Assembly: GCA_963575745.1 (NCBI GenBank)
Contig: CAUYUJ010000292.1
Coordinates: 62,001-126,000, forward strand
Reading direction: 5' to 3'
DNA length: 64,000 bases
From: Prorocentrum cordatum
Lineage: Eukaryota
A program made the translations under genes and the position numbers. Under the pieces are notes generated by a model. The model searched no databases, was not told the origin of the DNA, and was given only the letters and a program-made list of their open reading frames with translations. Below, one piece after another: positions 36,290 to 49,699 of this stretch. Position 1 is the first letter of the stretch, and each line of letters opens with the position of its first letter.

Positions 36290-39200
36290 TAGTCGACCTC
36301 GGCCTCCGTGGGCAGCTCTCGGGGCCCAGGGGCGGAGCGCTGCCCCCAGTGCAGTGGAAGGGGTCGACCCTGAGATCCGACGCTGCGAAAAAGTGCAGCA
36401 CCGTGAGAAAACACGACTGTCTGGGAGACCCAAAAGGTGGTCCAGCTGAGAGATCTGGGGTCCAGCTCCAGGAAAGTCTAACCTAATGTCCCCCTCTTTT
36501 TAAGCCATGGGGCCCAATATTACCCCAAAAGGACTCCAAGACTCCACCCAAGAGCTCCAACAGGGCCCCTCGATCCCCCAAAGGAGGCCGAAAAGTGTCC
36601 CAAGAATGCCCTAAAAGGCCCCGCGAGGACCCCAAGGTGGTGCAGTAGGTTTGGGGCAATCGTCTTGCACATGTACTGCGCCGGAGAAGGGTATTGCGTT
36701 GGCATTGCAAGTAATGCGTTGCACGCGAAAATCCAGCAACACACTCGCGCCCCGGAACGCATTGCACGCCCCAAATGCATTGCAGCCCCACAGGTCTACT
36801 GCACCAAATCTGTTGCACCACCCCCTTGTCGCTGGACCCCCTGCTGAGTCAACCCGAGACTGGAGCCCTGGACCCCAAAATCGCGAAAAAGCGCAGCCGG
36901 AGCCCAGGACCCCATCTGTCTGCGCCGGATCCATCTGTGCCCAAATAAGAGGGAGCCAGGACGAGGATAGAATCGGGTGGGGATGCATCAATAGTCTCGA
37001 AGATCCGGCGGCTCTGGAGGATGTCTCAGGCGCCGCGGCCTTCTCAGAGCGTTCCAGGGCGCCCTGAGAGCGTTCCGGAACGCTCTGGAGCGGAATTATC
37101 CTCGTCCGAGTTCGAGTCCGAGGAGGAGGAGGAGGAGGAGGAGGAGGAGGAGGAGGATGAGGAGGAGGCCGCGGGCACAGAGTCGACAGGAACACAGGAA
37201 CACAGGAGGAGGAGGAGGAGGAGGAGGAGGAGGGGGAGGAGGAGGAGGAGGAGGAGGAGGAGGAGGAGAGGAGGAGGAGGAGGAGGAGGAGGAGGAGGAG
37301 GAGGAGGAGGAGGAGGAGGAGGAGGAGGAGGAGGAGGAGGAGGAGGAGGAGGAGGAGGAGGAGGAGGAGGAGTCTCGAGGTGGGCGAGGAGAACCGAGGA
37401 GGAAGAGGGCGATGAGGGAGGTGAAGGAGGAGGGCCGAGAATGAGGGGCGGGCGAGAATGCTGCGAGGGGCCCCGCGCGCGAAGCGGGCCGCGCGACGTG
37501 CGGCCCCAAGGCGCGCCCGCGCGCGCCGGGAGGCGCCACGACGTCGGAGGAGGAGGAGGAGGAGGAGGAGGAGGAGGAGGAGGAGGAGAAGGAGAAGGAG
37601 GAGGAGAGGGAAGAGGAGGAGGAGGAGGAGGAGGAGGAGGAGGAGGAGGAGGAGGAGGAGAAGGGAGGAGGGGGAGGAGGGGGAGGAAGGGAGGGCCTCC
37701 TGGGGGGGAGGGCTTCTCGGAGCAGGGCGACTTGAAACCGCGGCAGCTCCAAAGTAGGTCCGGGGGCCCCCGCTCGTGCTCCAAGCCCACAAGTGCTCCA
37801 AGCTGCGTCCAGCCGTGGCGACGACGGGGCCCCCCGGAGGCCCACTGCCGTTGCCTCAGCTCGCCGTCCCCTGACCTTCGTGGCTACGGCTATGATGTTC
37901 CAACCTACTTTAGCCCTGATCACCAGAAAGAATTCCGAGCACCAAGAAAGTACCGAGACTGGCGGGTTTTCACGTGTCGGGCCCTGGGAGGCGATACTCG
38001 TCCGATACTGTTTCGATACGTCTTTGCGTGCTCGAAACTATTTCTGGGATTTGGTCCTTTTGTACGATGGGAGCAGCAGAAGGCTACGGCTGGTCGCGGC
38101 TCTCGGGAGAAGCCTGGCATCTCTGGAGCGGGCTCTGGCCGACGACCCACGAGGCGCAGCCACGCACATGGCCTTCGGGCGGTCGCGGCCATGGGCTTTT
38201 CGCCGACGGCCTGAGAAGAAGAGAAAAGACAGCACGAACAGAAGATGTTGGCGCTCCGCGCGGAATTTTTTGATCCGCGCCGGACCCCCCTCCCTGGCGC
38301 GCTCCGCGCGCCAGGGGCGGCGCCAGAGGCGCCGCCAGGCGGCCCCAGCGCGGATCCAGGAAATCCGCACGGAGCGCCAAAGTTTGCCGTTTTTTCTGAC
38401 TCGAAGCCCGTACGGATGTCTTGCATCAGCGCTGCACCCCCGTCCCCTCCGGCGCCACGGGGGGACGGGCGTCGATCCAAAAAGATCAGAAGGGAGCCTT
38501 CCAAGATGGCGCCAGCTCGTGGTAGCAACGCAGGTACACCGTTTTCTGCGCGGGCCGTCTTGCGATATCAGGGCCTGCTCGGGCGGGTGGTGATGGGGGC
38601 TGACCCGAATTGGCGGGTGAAAAGAAAGGACCCGAAATGGTCACTTTGGGGCCTCTTTTGGGGCCAACCGGGGGCCCCAAAGGGGCCCCAAAGTGCCCCT
38701 GTAGGGCCCCCTGTCTTCACCCCCCCTTGAGGCCACCCCCCGCTGCCACTCGCCCGACCTGCCTGGGCTCGCCTTGTACAGTGGAGGCCCGACCACAAGA
38801 AACCTCCCACAAGAAGCACAACCCTGGAACCCCAGGACGCCCATTGACTCTGGATGTGGGCACGTCACGCTCTCCGTGGCAAAACCATCGAGACCCAAGA
38901 GAAACCCGGGGCACCCTGGAGGCAAGCAGGGTGTCTCTTGGCGCGGGCCCCCACTGGCAGCCCAGAGAGCACATCGTGCCGCCGCTGGGCCCCCGGGGCC
39001 CCCTGCCTCTCCCGCACGACGGCGCGGCGCCCTTGTGCGGCGGCGTGCGCGGGCCGATGCCTCGGCACACCGCGCGGGGACGCGGGCGGGCACGCTGAAC
39101 CTCACGAGGGCGGCTCACGCGGGCGACGCTTGATTGTGTCTGTGTGTTTGTTTCCCTCCTGAGTCCATCCCGTCCTCCTTCGCGGGTCGACGCGGCTTCC

Positions 39201-39446
39201 GGCCCACTGGAACAGAGTGGCCGTACACCCGCCGGCGGGCTGGCGGGCGCTGACGACCAGCAAGGTCACTCGTCTTGAGCGAGACCACCCAACGCCATCC
39301 GCCCCACGCGCGGCTGCACGTTTTCGTGGCCGCCCCTCGCAGGCGAAACCCGATACACACTTTGGCTCGGTCTGACCCTCTGGGAGATCGCCTTCGGTGA
39401 AGCGTTGGTCATTGCCTGCCAGCAGAGGGGGGGGTCCGACCTACCT

Positions 39447-39641
39447 TTAGGTGGGGCATGTCCTCCTACGTGCGGTTGTTTGAAGAAGAACGAAAAACAG
39501 CCGAACAAGTATTCAAAGCCAACAACATAAACATGCTGAAGAAACAAAAAACATTTAAAGACAAACAAAAAAACATCCCCAGGCGATTGTCTCACTATTT
39601 TGGGGATATGTTCCTCCTGTAGAGGGACATGCCCGACCTAA
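39447..39641. mobile_element. MITE family B copy (TTAGGTGGGGCATGTCC...GGACATGCCCGACCTAA)
   Basis: Symmetric termini; degenerate 8-bp flanks acctacct/agctatct. Confidence 0.7.
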
Positions 39642-40091
39642 AGCTATCTGCAGCGGGCTCCCTCCTTCAACACCTGCGAGTCTCCTCCTCCTTCTCCTCC
39701 TCCTCCGCCTCCTCCTCCTCCTCCTCCTCCTCCTCCTCCTCCTCCTCCTCCTCCTCCTCCTCCTCCTCCTCCCTCCTCCCCCTCCTCCTCCTCCTCCTCC
39801 GCCTTCCCGCCCGCGGCTCGCCTCCCTCCCACCCCTCCCCAGACGCCCTCGCCGCGGACTCCCTTGCGCCAAACAGGAGCGAGGCATCCCGCCTGGCCCT
39901 TTCGGGCGCGAGTGGTCCAGCGAGCTCATTCCGCAGCCCTCTGCTTCCCCTTACCCCCTCCCCCATGGGTCTGGAAGGGGGGGGTCGCGATCGATGAGCG
40001 AGCGTCCAAGATGGCGCCAGGACGTCCCGCCCTCCCTCCCGCCCGCTTCCCCCCCCCCGTCGCTCCTCCCCCTTCCCCCCATGCGGCGCAC

Positions 40092-40141
40092 AGCGTGTGG
40101 GAGATCATGTTCCCGATCGTCTTCGGCTGCATGACGCGCTC
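40092..40141 (-). CDS. Candidate exon ERVMQPKTIGNMISHT(L) of an unidentified host gene
   Basis: tctcaag|GAG ... ACG CT|gtgcgc; all 16 complete codons end in G or C; not repetitive. Confidence 0.55.
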
Positions 40142-40239
40142 CTTGAGACAGACAGGCGCCGGGCGCGCAGACGGGGGGAGATGGGCGCCCTGGGCGGCGC
40201 CTCAAGGAGGGCTCCTCGGGGCCAATCAAGGAGAAGGGT

Positions 40240-41045
40240 CGAGGAAGAGGGATGAGGATGAAAAAGAGGAGGTGGAGGAGGAGGACGGAGGAGGAGGGAG
40301 GAGGAGGAGGAGGAGAATGGAGGAGAATGGAGGAGAATGGAGGAGGACCAAGGAGGAGGACGGAGGAAGACCGAGGACGGAGGAGGATGGAGGAGGATGG
40401 AGGAGGATGGAGGAGGAGGAGGAGAAGACGAGGAGGAAGAAGAAAGAGGAGGAGGACGGAGGACGGAGGACGGAGGACGAGGAGGAGGAGGAGGAGGAGG
40501 AGGAGGAGGAGGAGGAGGAGGAGGAGGAGGAGGAGGAGGAGGAGGAGGAGGAGGAGGAGGAGGGGGGGGAGGACGAGGAGGACGAGGAGGAGGAAGAGGA
40601 GGAGAATGGAGGAGGAGGAGGAGGAGGAGGAGGAGGAGGAGGAGGGGAGGAGGAGGGGGAGAAGGAGGAGGAGGAGGAGGAGGAGGAGGAGGAGGAGTCT
40701 CGAGGTGGGCGAGGAGAACCGAGGAGGAAGAGGGCGATGAGGGAGGTGAAGGAGGAGGGCCGAGAACGAGGAAGAGAAGGGAAGGGTAGGAGGAGGAGGA
40801 GGAGGAGGAGGAGGAGGAGGAGGAGGGGAGGAGGACGGAGGAGGACCGAGGAGGACGGAGGAGGACGGAGGACGGAGGAGGAGGAGGAGGAGGAGAACCG
40901 AGGAAGAGGGCGATGAGGGAGGTGACGGAGGAGGGTCAAGGAGGAACAGAAGGGAAGAGGATGAGGACGATGAGAAGGAGAGGGAGAAGAAGGAGAGGGG
41001 AGGAAGAACAGGAGATCCGAGGAGGTGGAGACGGTGAAGGATGAG
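40240..41045. repeat. Degenerate (GGA)n tract
   Basis: Visible. Confidence 0.9.
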
Positions 41046-42249
41046 GATCGGCCATAACATTCGCAAAATGCATCAACGACACTGTAACAGACGAATGCTA
41101 AAGTATGCGAAAACGAATAGTTACGATCGTACAAATTAACGGAATGTCGAGCGAGATCCCCGTTGTGTTAGGAATCGTCCCCGCCCCATATGTGTAACTG
41201 CTGCACGAAATTACAGGTATCGCCGTGCGCTTCGAGGAAGCCTCAAGAGACAAGGTGAGCTTCAAACGAAGCCACTCTTCATCAGTGCAGCTGTTACATG
41301 TAAAATTGTCTGACACGCAAAGCAAATCTCCAACGAGAACCCACTTTAAAACATGATCCGAGCATGTTGCAAACTGTTTGGACGAACCTGGGCGCGCCCT
41401 GGTGAGAACCCCGTGTTGGAATCCAAACGCTCAACTTTGCAAAACTCCCCACAAACCGACCCACTACCTGCTGCAAGCTTTTCAAACGAATGTGCGGGAC
41501 GCTCAGGCGGGAGCCCGATGTTGAACCCCTCTTCGTTCTGTAACTGCTGCGAAGTTTAAGCTGCGCGGCGCGATGGTGGGAGCTCCAACCTCAAACAGGG
41601 CCGCCCTCAATGTGTGTAACAGTTGGACGTCTCAGGTTACGGGGAAAGCCGAGGCAGAATGCCCAGCCCGCCCTACCAACGCGTCTGTTGGTCAGACGAG
41701 CCGGAGTGGTACTCGAGCGTGTAACTATGTGTATATCGATGTGAAGGGGGAAACGAGGAGGGGGAGGAGGAGGAGGAGGAGGAGGAGGAGGAGGAGGAGG
41801 AGGAGGAGGAGGAGGAGGAGGAGGAGGAGGAGGAGGGGGAGGGGGGAGGGGGAGGGGGAGGAGGAGGAGGAGGAGGATCGAGGAAACGACGGATCGGGAT
41901 GATTGCGCGTGCATGGCCAGTCTTGGGCACCCGAATGCTCCAGAGGGGGACCACTGAGGACCGTCAGAGATCTCTGAGCCTCCCGAGGCCACGCGTGCAA
42001 AGAGAGCTTATGAGCGCTTACGGAGGGCTTCCTGGGACTTCGCGGGCCTTCCCTCCCCCTCCTCGTCGCCATCCTCACCCTCCTCTCCTCCTCCTCCACC
42101 TCCTGAACCACCTCCTCCTCCTCCTCCTCCTCCTCCTCCGCCTCCTCCTCCTCCTCCTCTACCGCCCATCGTGTCCTCCTCCTCATCCTCTTCCTTCTCC
42201 TCCCACTCCTCCCCATCAGCAGCACGGTCATCAGCATAAGAACCCTGGC

Positions 42250-42311
42250 ACCATCACAATCAGCATCAGCATCAGCATCAACATAATCATCAGCATCATC
42301 ATAATCATCAG

Positions 42312-42358
<47 letters not shown>

Positions 42359-43359
42359 GCATCATCATCATCATCATCATCATAATCCTCATCATCAGCA
42401 GCATCATCATCAACATCATCACCATCATCATCGCTATTATGAAATATCATAATCATCATCAGCTTCATCAGCATCATCGTCATCATCGTCATCAGCATCA
42501 TCACCAGCATCATCGATATCATCATCGTCATCACCCTCGTCAGCTCATCATCATCAGCATCATCATCATCATCAGCATCAGCATCAGCATCAGCATCATC
42601 ATCCTCATCATCATCAGCAGCAGCCGCGTCATTAACGTCAGCATCATCAGCATCAACAGCACCACCATCATCATCAGAACAGCAGCGACAGCATCACCAT
42701 CATCAGCATCAGTATCATCGTCATCAGCATCATCATGATCAGCAGCATCATCATGGTCGTCATCGGCATCATCAGCATCAGCATCAACATCATTATCACC
42801 AGAATCACCAGCATCACCAATATCATCAGAAGCAGCATCATCAACATCAGCATCAGCAACAGCATCAACATCAGCATCAGCCTCACCATAATCAGCATCG
42901 TCAGCTTCATCATCGCCATTACCCTCGTCATCATCATCGTCATAATCAGCATCAGCATCACCAGCATCATCATCACTATACTCAGCATCATCAGCATCAG
43001 CATCATCAGCATCAGCATCACCATCATCATCATCAGCATCACCAGCATCACCGGCATCACCATCATCATCAGCATCATCATCAGCATCACCATCATTCTC
43101 ATCAGCAACATCAGCATCATCATCACACCACCATCATCATCAGCAACAGCAGCAGCAGCATCACGATCATCAGCATCATTACAATCATCAGCATAATCAG
43201 CATCGTCATCAGCATCATGATCAGCATCATTATGGTCGTCAGCAGCATCATCAACATGAGCATCAGTGTCAGCATCAGCATCAGCATCAGCATCAGCCTG
43301 ATCATAATCAGCATCGCCAGCATCAGCATCGTCATCACCCTAGCCATCATCAGCCGTAC

Positions 43360-43416
<57 letters not shown>

Positions 43417-43873
43417 CATCATCCTCATCATCATCGCCCACATCATCATCAGTATACTCGGCATCATCAGCATCACCATCACTATCACCATCATCGTCAT
43501 CATCAGCATCATCAGCATCAGCATCAGCATCAGCATCAGCATCATCATCAGTCTTAGCATCATCATCACCATCAGCATCAGCAGCATCATCATCGCCATC
43601 ACCACCAGCATCATCAGCAACAGCATCACCATCATCAGCATCAGCAGCATCAGCAGCAGCATCGTCATCAGCATTATCATCAACAGCATCAGCATCAGCA
43701 GCACCGTCATCATCCGCATCAGCATCAACATCATCGTCACCACCATCACCATCGTTATCCTCATCATCAGAAGCAGCATCAGTATCAACATCAGTATCAG
43801 CATCAGTTTCAGGATAATCAGAATCAGCATGTTCAGCTTCATCATCGTCATCACCCTCGTCATCATCATCACT

Positions 43874-43928
<55 letters not shown>

Positions 43929-44268
43929 CCAGCATCACCATGGTCATCATCATCCTCATGAACATCATCCTCGTCATCACCCTCGTCATCATCAGCAGCA
44001 GCAGCATCACCATCAGCATCATCATCATCATCATCATCACCAGCATCACCATGGTCATCATCATCCTCATGAACATCATCCTCGTCATCACCCTCGTCAT
44101 CATCGGCAGCAGCATCACCATCATCATCATCATCATCATCATCAGCATCATCATCATCGTCATCACCATGCCCATCATCATCATCATCGTCATCACCCTC
44201 GTCAGCTCATCAGCATTATCATGATCATCATCATCAACATCTGGATCAGCATCTTTATCAGTAACAGT

Positions 44269-44320
<52 letters not shown>

Positions 44321-44735
44321 GCATCATCATCATCATCATCATCATCATCATGACCAGCACCACCATGAGCAACACCACCACCATCCTCCTCCTCATCCGC
44401 ATCAATGTTCTCATCCACTTAATGATCTTCAACCGCATGATCCTCATCATCATCATCAGCAGCATCATCATCATCATCATCAACATCATCATCATCATCA
44501 TCATTCCCCTCAGCCTTATCGTCCTTATAATCATCATTATCATCACCAGCATCATCACCATCAGCAGCAGCATCAGCATCTTCATCATCATCATCATCAT
44601 CATCACCGGCATCTTCGTAACCACCATGACCATCATGTGCAGTGGCATCATCATCGTCGTCATAATCCTCATCATCAGCAGCATCAGTATCAGCGGCATC
44701 AGCATTATCATCGGCGTCATCATCATCAACATCGA

Positions 44736-44792
<57 letters not shown>

Positions 44793-44965
44793 GAGTATCA
44801 TCATGAGCATTATCAGCAGTATCCTCATCCTCATCCTCATCATCCTCAACCTCATCCTCATCCTCCTTCTCATCCTGATCCTCCTCATCATCATCCTCCT
44901 CATCATCATTGTCATCGTCATCGTCATAATCATGATCACCGCCTTGATCATCATTATCACCACCG
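42250..44965. repeat. Degenerate (CAT/CAG)n tract, about 2.7 kb
   Basis: Visible; includes an internal duplication with period 111 (near 43920-43990 and 44031-44101). Confidence 0.95.
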
Positions 44966-45068
44966 TCAACTCTCCTCATCCCCCATCTCCTCCTCATCCT
45001 CCTCCTCGCCCTCCCCCCTCCCCCCTCCTCCTTCTGCCGCCCCCGCGCCAGCAGGGGGCCCGCGCGAC

Positions 45069-45151
45069 CGCGGCGTACTCCTCCCGCAGCTCGAAGAGCT
45101 TGAGCGAGAACTCGAGCTTCGAGGCCATCGTCTGCACGTCGGTAGCCAGGC
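45069..45151 (-). CDS. Candidate exon LATDVQTMASKLEFSLKLFELREEYAA of an unidentified host gene
   Basis: gggaag|GC CTG GCT ACC ... GCC GCG|gtcgcg; 26 of 27 codons end in G or C; unique island between microsatellites. Confidence 0.6.
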
Positions 45152-45257
45152 CTTCCCCACCGCCCAGCCCACCGAGAGGGTGAGATTTAAGACTGTGTAG
45201 CGCGAGACGGTTCTCATCCTCATCCTCCTCTACTCCTTCTCCTCCTCCTCCTCCCCC

Positions 45258-45343
<86 letters not shown>

Positions 45344-45544
45344 GTCATCCTCGTCTCTTCCATCAGCATCACCATCAGCATCCTTTTCCTTCTCCTCCGC
45401 ATCTTCAATCTCGACTTCATCCTACTCCTCCTCATCTCCCTTCTCCCCCGCGCAATCAAAATTACTCACTGCGTGGGGCTCCCCATATGTGTATAACATG
45501 TTTTATGTCATGCCATAGTGAGCGTTTGTTCATGAGCGCTACTG

Positions 45545-46240
45545 ACGAGCAAACCGCCTGAGACATCCCCGCAAAATGGCCGCGAACGGGCACGTGCCCT
45601 ACCCCGTGGCGGCTCTCCTTAGGGACGCTTGTTGGGCATGAAACCGAGCAAGCCGCCTGAGACATCCCCACAAACTGGCCGCGAACGGGCCCGTGTCCTA
45701 CCCCCTGGCGGCTCCTTTTAGGGGGGCTGAAACCAGCGCCCCGCCTGAGACATCCTCACAATCTGCTCTGAAAGCCAAGGATGTTGGGCATGAAAACAAA
45801 CAACCCGCCCGACACATCCCCACGCGGCTCCCCTTAGGGGTGATGAAACCAACGCCCCGCCTGCGACATCGTCAAAATCTGCTCTGAAAGCCAAAGATGT
45901 TGACCATGAAAACGAGCAAACCGCCTGAGACATCCCCACAAACTGGCCGCGAACGGGCCCGTGAAAACACCCCCTGGCGGTTCCCCTTAGGGGTGATGAA
46001 ACGAGCGCCCCGCTTGAGACATCCTCAAGATCTACCCTGAAAGCCAAGGATGTTGGACACCGAAACAAGCAAACCGCCCGAGGCATCCCCACAAACTGGC
46101 CGCGAACGGGCCCGTGAAAACACCCCTGTGATCTGAAAGCCAAGGACGTTGGGCATGACAACAAGCAAACCGCCTGAGACATCCCCACAAACTGGCCGCG
46201 AACGGGCCCGTGAAAACACCCCTGGCGGCTCCCCTTGCGA
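45545..46240. repeat. About 150-bp tandem family (aaaccgcctgagacatccccacaaactggccgcgaacgggcccgtg), older array
   Basis: Motif recurs near 45551, 45651, 45918, 46071 and 46167 with deletions. Confidence 0.85.
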
Positions 46241-46794
46241 GTCTGAGTATGACTAGGTCTGAGTATCAGTAGGTTTCAGTCCGTGCGTTGAGTAACTCAG
46301 ACTATGAGAAGGTCTGACTATGAGTAGGTATGAAAATAAGTAAGTTTGTGTATGAACAGGTCTGGGAACGAGTCTGGGTATGAGTAAGTCGGGGCACGAA
46401 GGAGTCCCAGCATGAGTAAGTCTGAGTATGAGTAGGCCTGCATGTTGTGTGTTGAGTAAGTCAGACCATGAGAAGGTATGAGTACGAGTAGGTATGATAA
46501 TGAGTATGTCTGTGTATGAGTAGGTGTGTTCTCTCTGGTTATCTGGAATCGGCGGCGTCCGAAACATAAACAAGAACCCCATCTTAGGATATGGTGAAAA
46601 AACAAGCGAAGCCAACGCCCCCCCCTAAAAAAAAGACTGAATGAAGAGGAGGGGAAAAACACACACACACACACACACAAAAAAAACGCTACCGAGGAAC
46701 CCCACATACTTAATTTAAATCGTATGTGTTTGCTTATGTATATATATATATATATATGTGTATGCACAATCCTGCGTTCTGAGCACTCTGAGCG

Positions 46795-48897
46795 ACCGAG
46801 CTGAGAGACCACCCCCTGCGCACCCCCTGTGGTGTCGAGAAAGTGCCACGCTTGCTAGGTTTGCGCCAGTGTCGTGGATAGCGGCCGAGCTGAGAGACCA
46901 CCCCCTGCGCACCCCGTGTGGTGTCGAGAAAGTGCCACGCCTGCTAGGCTTTGCGCCAGTGTCGTGGATAGCGGCCGAGCTGAGAGACCACCCCCTGCGC
47001 ACCCCCTGTGGTGTCGAGAAAGTGCCACGCCTGCTAGGCTTTGCGCCAGTGTCGTGGATAGCGGCCGAGCTGAGAGACCACCCCCTGCGCACCCCCTGTG
47101 GTGTCGAGAAAGTGCCACGCCTGCTAGGCTTTGCGCCAGTGTCGTGGATAGCGGCCGAGCTGAGAGACCACCCCTGCGCACCCCCTGTGGTGTCGAGAAA
47201 GTGCCACGCCTGCTAGGCTTTGCGCCAGTGTCGTGGATAGCGGCCGAGCTGAGAGACCACCCCCTGCGCACCCCCTGTGGTGTCGAGAAAGTGCCACGCC
47301 TGCTAGGCTTTGCGCCAGTGTCGTGGATAGCGGCCGAGCTGAGAGACCACCCCCTGCGCACCCCCTGTGGTGTCGAGAAAGTGCCACGCCTGCTAGGCTT
47401 TGCGCCAGTGTCGTGGATAGCGGCCGAGCTGAGAGACCACCCCCTGCGCACCCCCTGTGGTGTCGAGAAAGTGCCACGCCTGCTAGGCTTTGCGCCAGTG
47501 TCGTGGATAGCGGCCGAACTGAGAGACCACCCCCTGCGCACCCCCTGTGGTGTCGAGAAAGTGCCACGCCTGCTAGGCTTTGCGCCAGTGTCGTGGATAG
47601 CGGCCGAACTGAGAGACCACCCCTGCGCACCCCCTGTGGTGTCGAGAAAGTGCCACGCCTGCTAGGCTTTGCGCCAGTGTCGTGGATAGCGGCCGAACTG
47701 AGAGACCACCCCCTGCGCACCCCCTGTGGTGTCGAGAAAGTGCCACGCCTGCTAGGCTTTGCGCCAGTGTCGTGGATAGCGGCCGAACTGAGAGACCACC
47801 CCCTGCGCACCCCCTGTGGTGTCGAGAAAGTGCCACGCCTGCTAGGCTTTGCGCCAGTGTCGTGGATAGCGGCCGAACTGAGAGACCACCCCCTGCGCAC
47901 CCCCTGTGGTGTCGAGAAAGTGCCACGCCTGCTAGGCTTGCGCACCCCCTGTGGTGTCGAGAAAAAGCCACGCCTGCTAGGCTTTGCGCCAGTGTCGTGG
48001 ATAGCGGCCGAGCTGAGAGACCACCCCCTGCGCACCCCGTGTGGTGTCGAGAAAGTGCCACGCCTGCTAGGCTTTGCGCCAGTGTCGTGGATAGCGGCCG
48101 AACTGAGAGACCACCCCCTGCGCACCCCCTGTGGTGTCGAGAAAGTGCCACGCCTGCTAGGCTTTGCGCCAGTGTCGTGGATAGCGGCCGAACTGAGAGA
48201 CCACCCCCTGCGCACCCCCTGTGGTGTCGAGAAAGTGCCACGCCTGCTAGGCTTTGCGCCAGTGTCGTGGATAGCGGCCGAACTGAGAGACCACCCCCTG
48301 CGCACCCCCTGTGGTGTCGAGAGAGTGCCACGCCTGCTAGGCTTTGCGCCAGTGTCGTGGATAGGGACCGCGGTGAGAGACCACCCCCTGCGCACCCCCT
48401 GTGGTGTCGAGAAAGTGCCACGCCTGCTAGGCTTTGCGCCAGTGTCGTGGATAGCGGCCGAGCTGAGAGACCACCCCCTGCGCACCCCCTGTGGTGTCGA
48501 GAAAGTGCACGCCTGCTAGCCTTTGCGCCAGTGTCGTGGATAGCGGCCGAGCTGAGAGACCACCCCCTGCGCACCCCCTGTGGTGTCGAGAAAGTGCCAC
48601 GCCTGCTAGGCTTTGCGCCAGTGTCGTGGATAGCGGCCGAGCTGAGAGACCACCCCCTGCGCACCCCCTTTGGTGTCGAGAAAGTGCCACGCCTGCTAGG
48701 CTTTGCGCCAGTGTCGTGGATAGCGGCCGAGCTGAGAGACCACCCCCTGCGCACCCCGTGTGGTGTCGAGAAAGTGCCACGCCTGCTAGGTTTTGCGCCA
48801 GTGTCGTGGATAGCGGCCGAGCTGAGAGACCACCCCCTGCGCACCCCCCTGTGGTGTCGGGAAAGTGCCACGCCTGCTAGGCTTTGCGCCAGTGCCA
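46795..48897. repeat. Highly homogeneous 90-bp satellite, about 23 copies
   Basis: Unit containing gccgagctgagagaccacccc...gtggtgtcgagaaagtgccacgcctgctaggctttgcgccagtgtcgtggatagcg repeats head-to-tail with period 89-90; one truncated unit near 47940. Confidence 0.98.
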
Positions 48898-48899
48898 CG

Positions 48900-49055
48900 A
48901 GCTGTGCTGTGCTGTGCTGAGCTGAGCCGTGCTGGGCTGTGCTGAGCTGTGCTGCGCTGTGCTGTGTGCTGAGCTGAGCTGAGCTGTGTGCTGTGCTGAG
49001 CTGAGCTGTGCTGTACTGTGCTGTGCTGTGATGTGCTGTGCTGAGCTGTGCTGTA
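48900..49055. repeat. (GCTGT/GCTGA)n pentanucleotide tract
   Basis: Visible. Confidence 0.9.
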
Positions 49056-49289
49056 CGAAGAGTGAGGTGTGTCGCGGGTGCGGCGCGGCAGGGAAGAAAA
49101 CCAGAACCCCACGAAGCATGTGGGGAAAAACACGGTCGCGCCTCACAACATCTCCATTTGCGCGCGAACGGCAGGAGCTCCCGGGGCCCAAATACCCCGG
49201 GAAACCAAAATCTTATAAAAACGACCGCATTTCCCTTGCTTTCGACTCCAATGGACGCAAACTGTGCTCCAGGTCCTCTAATACCTGCA

Positions 49290-49685
49290 GTCTCTTCCGT
49301 GCGTCCCAGAGGGTACGTGCCGGAGCACGACCCAAGGGAGCAGCACGCCTCATTTCCTTCCTCCGTGCGTCCCAGAAGGTACGTGCCGGAGCACGCCCTA
49401 AGAGAGCAACGCGCCTCGACTCTTCTTCCGTGCGTTCCAGAGGGTACGTGCCGGAGCACGACCCAAGGGAGCAACACGCCTCATTTCCCTCCTCCGTGCG
49501 TCCCAAAGGTACGTGCCGGAGCACGACCCAACGGACCAGCACGCCTCGACTCCATCCTCCGTGCGTCCCAGAGGGTACGTGCCAGAGCACGACCGAAGAG
49601 AGCAGCACGCCTCGATTCCTGCCTCGACTCCATCCCCCGTGCGTCCCAGAGGGTACGTGCTGGAGCACGACCCAAGGGAACAGCA
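49290..49685. repeat. Tandem repeat, about 65-bp unit x6
   Basis: ccgtgcgtcccagagggtacgtgccggagcacgaccc near 49297, 49362, 49428, 49493, 49559 and 49637. Confidence 0.9.
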
Positions 49686-49699
49686 ACTTGCTGGTCCCC

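Noticed and set aside
33032..37923. Poly-Glu/Gly/Arg/Pro/Ser ORFs up to 577 aa
   Set aside because: Translations of (GGA)n/(CCT)n tracts.
37860..38220. Protein-like segment in ORF 37793..38593
   Set aside because: No recognisable motif, no codon bias, and the ORF runs on into a MITE.
46795..48897. CRISPR-like regular array or repeat-protein ORFs (412-634 aa)
   Set aside because: Units are contiguous with no unique spacers and no cas genes. ORFs are open on both strands and in several frames simply because the 90-bp unit lacks stops.
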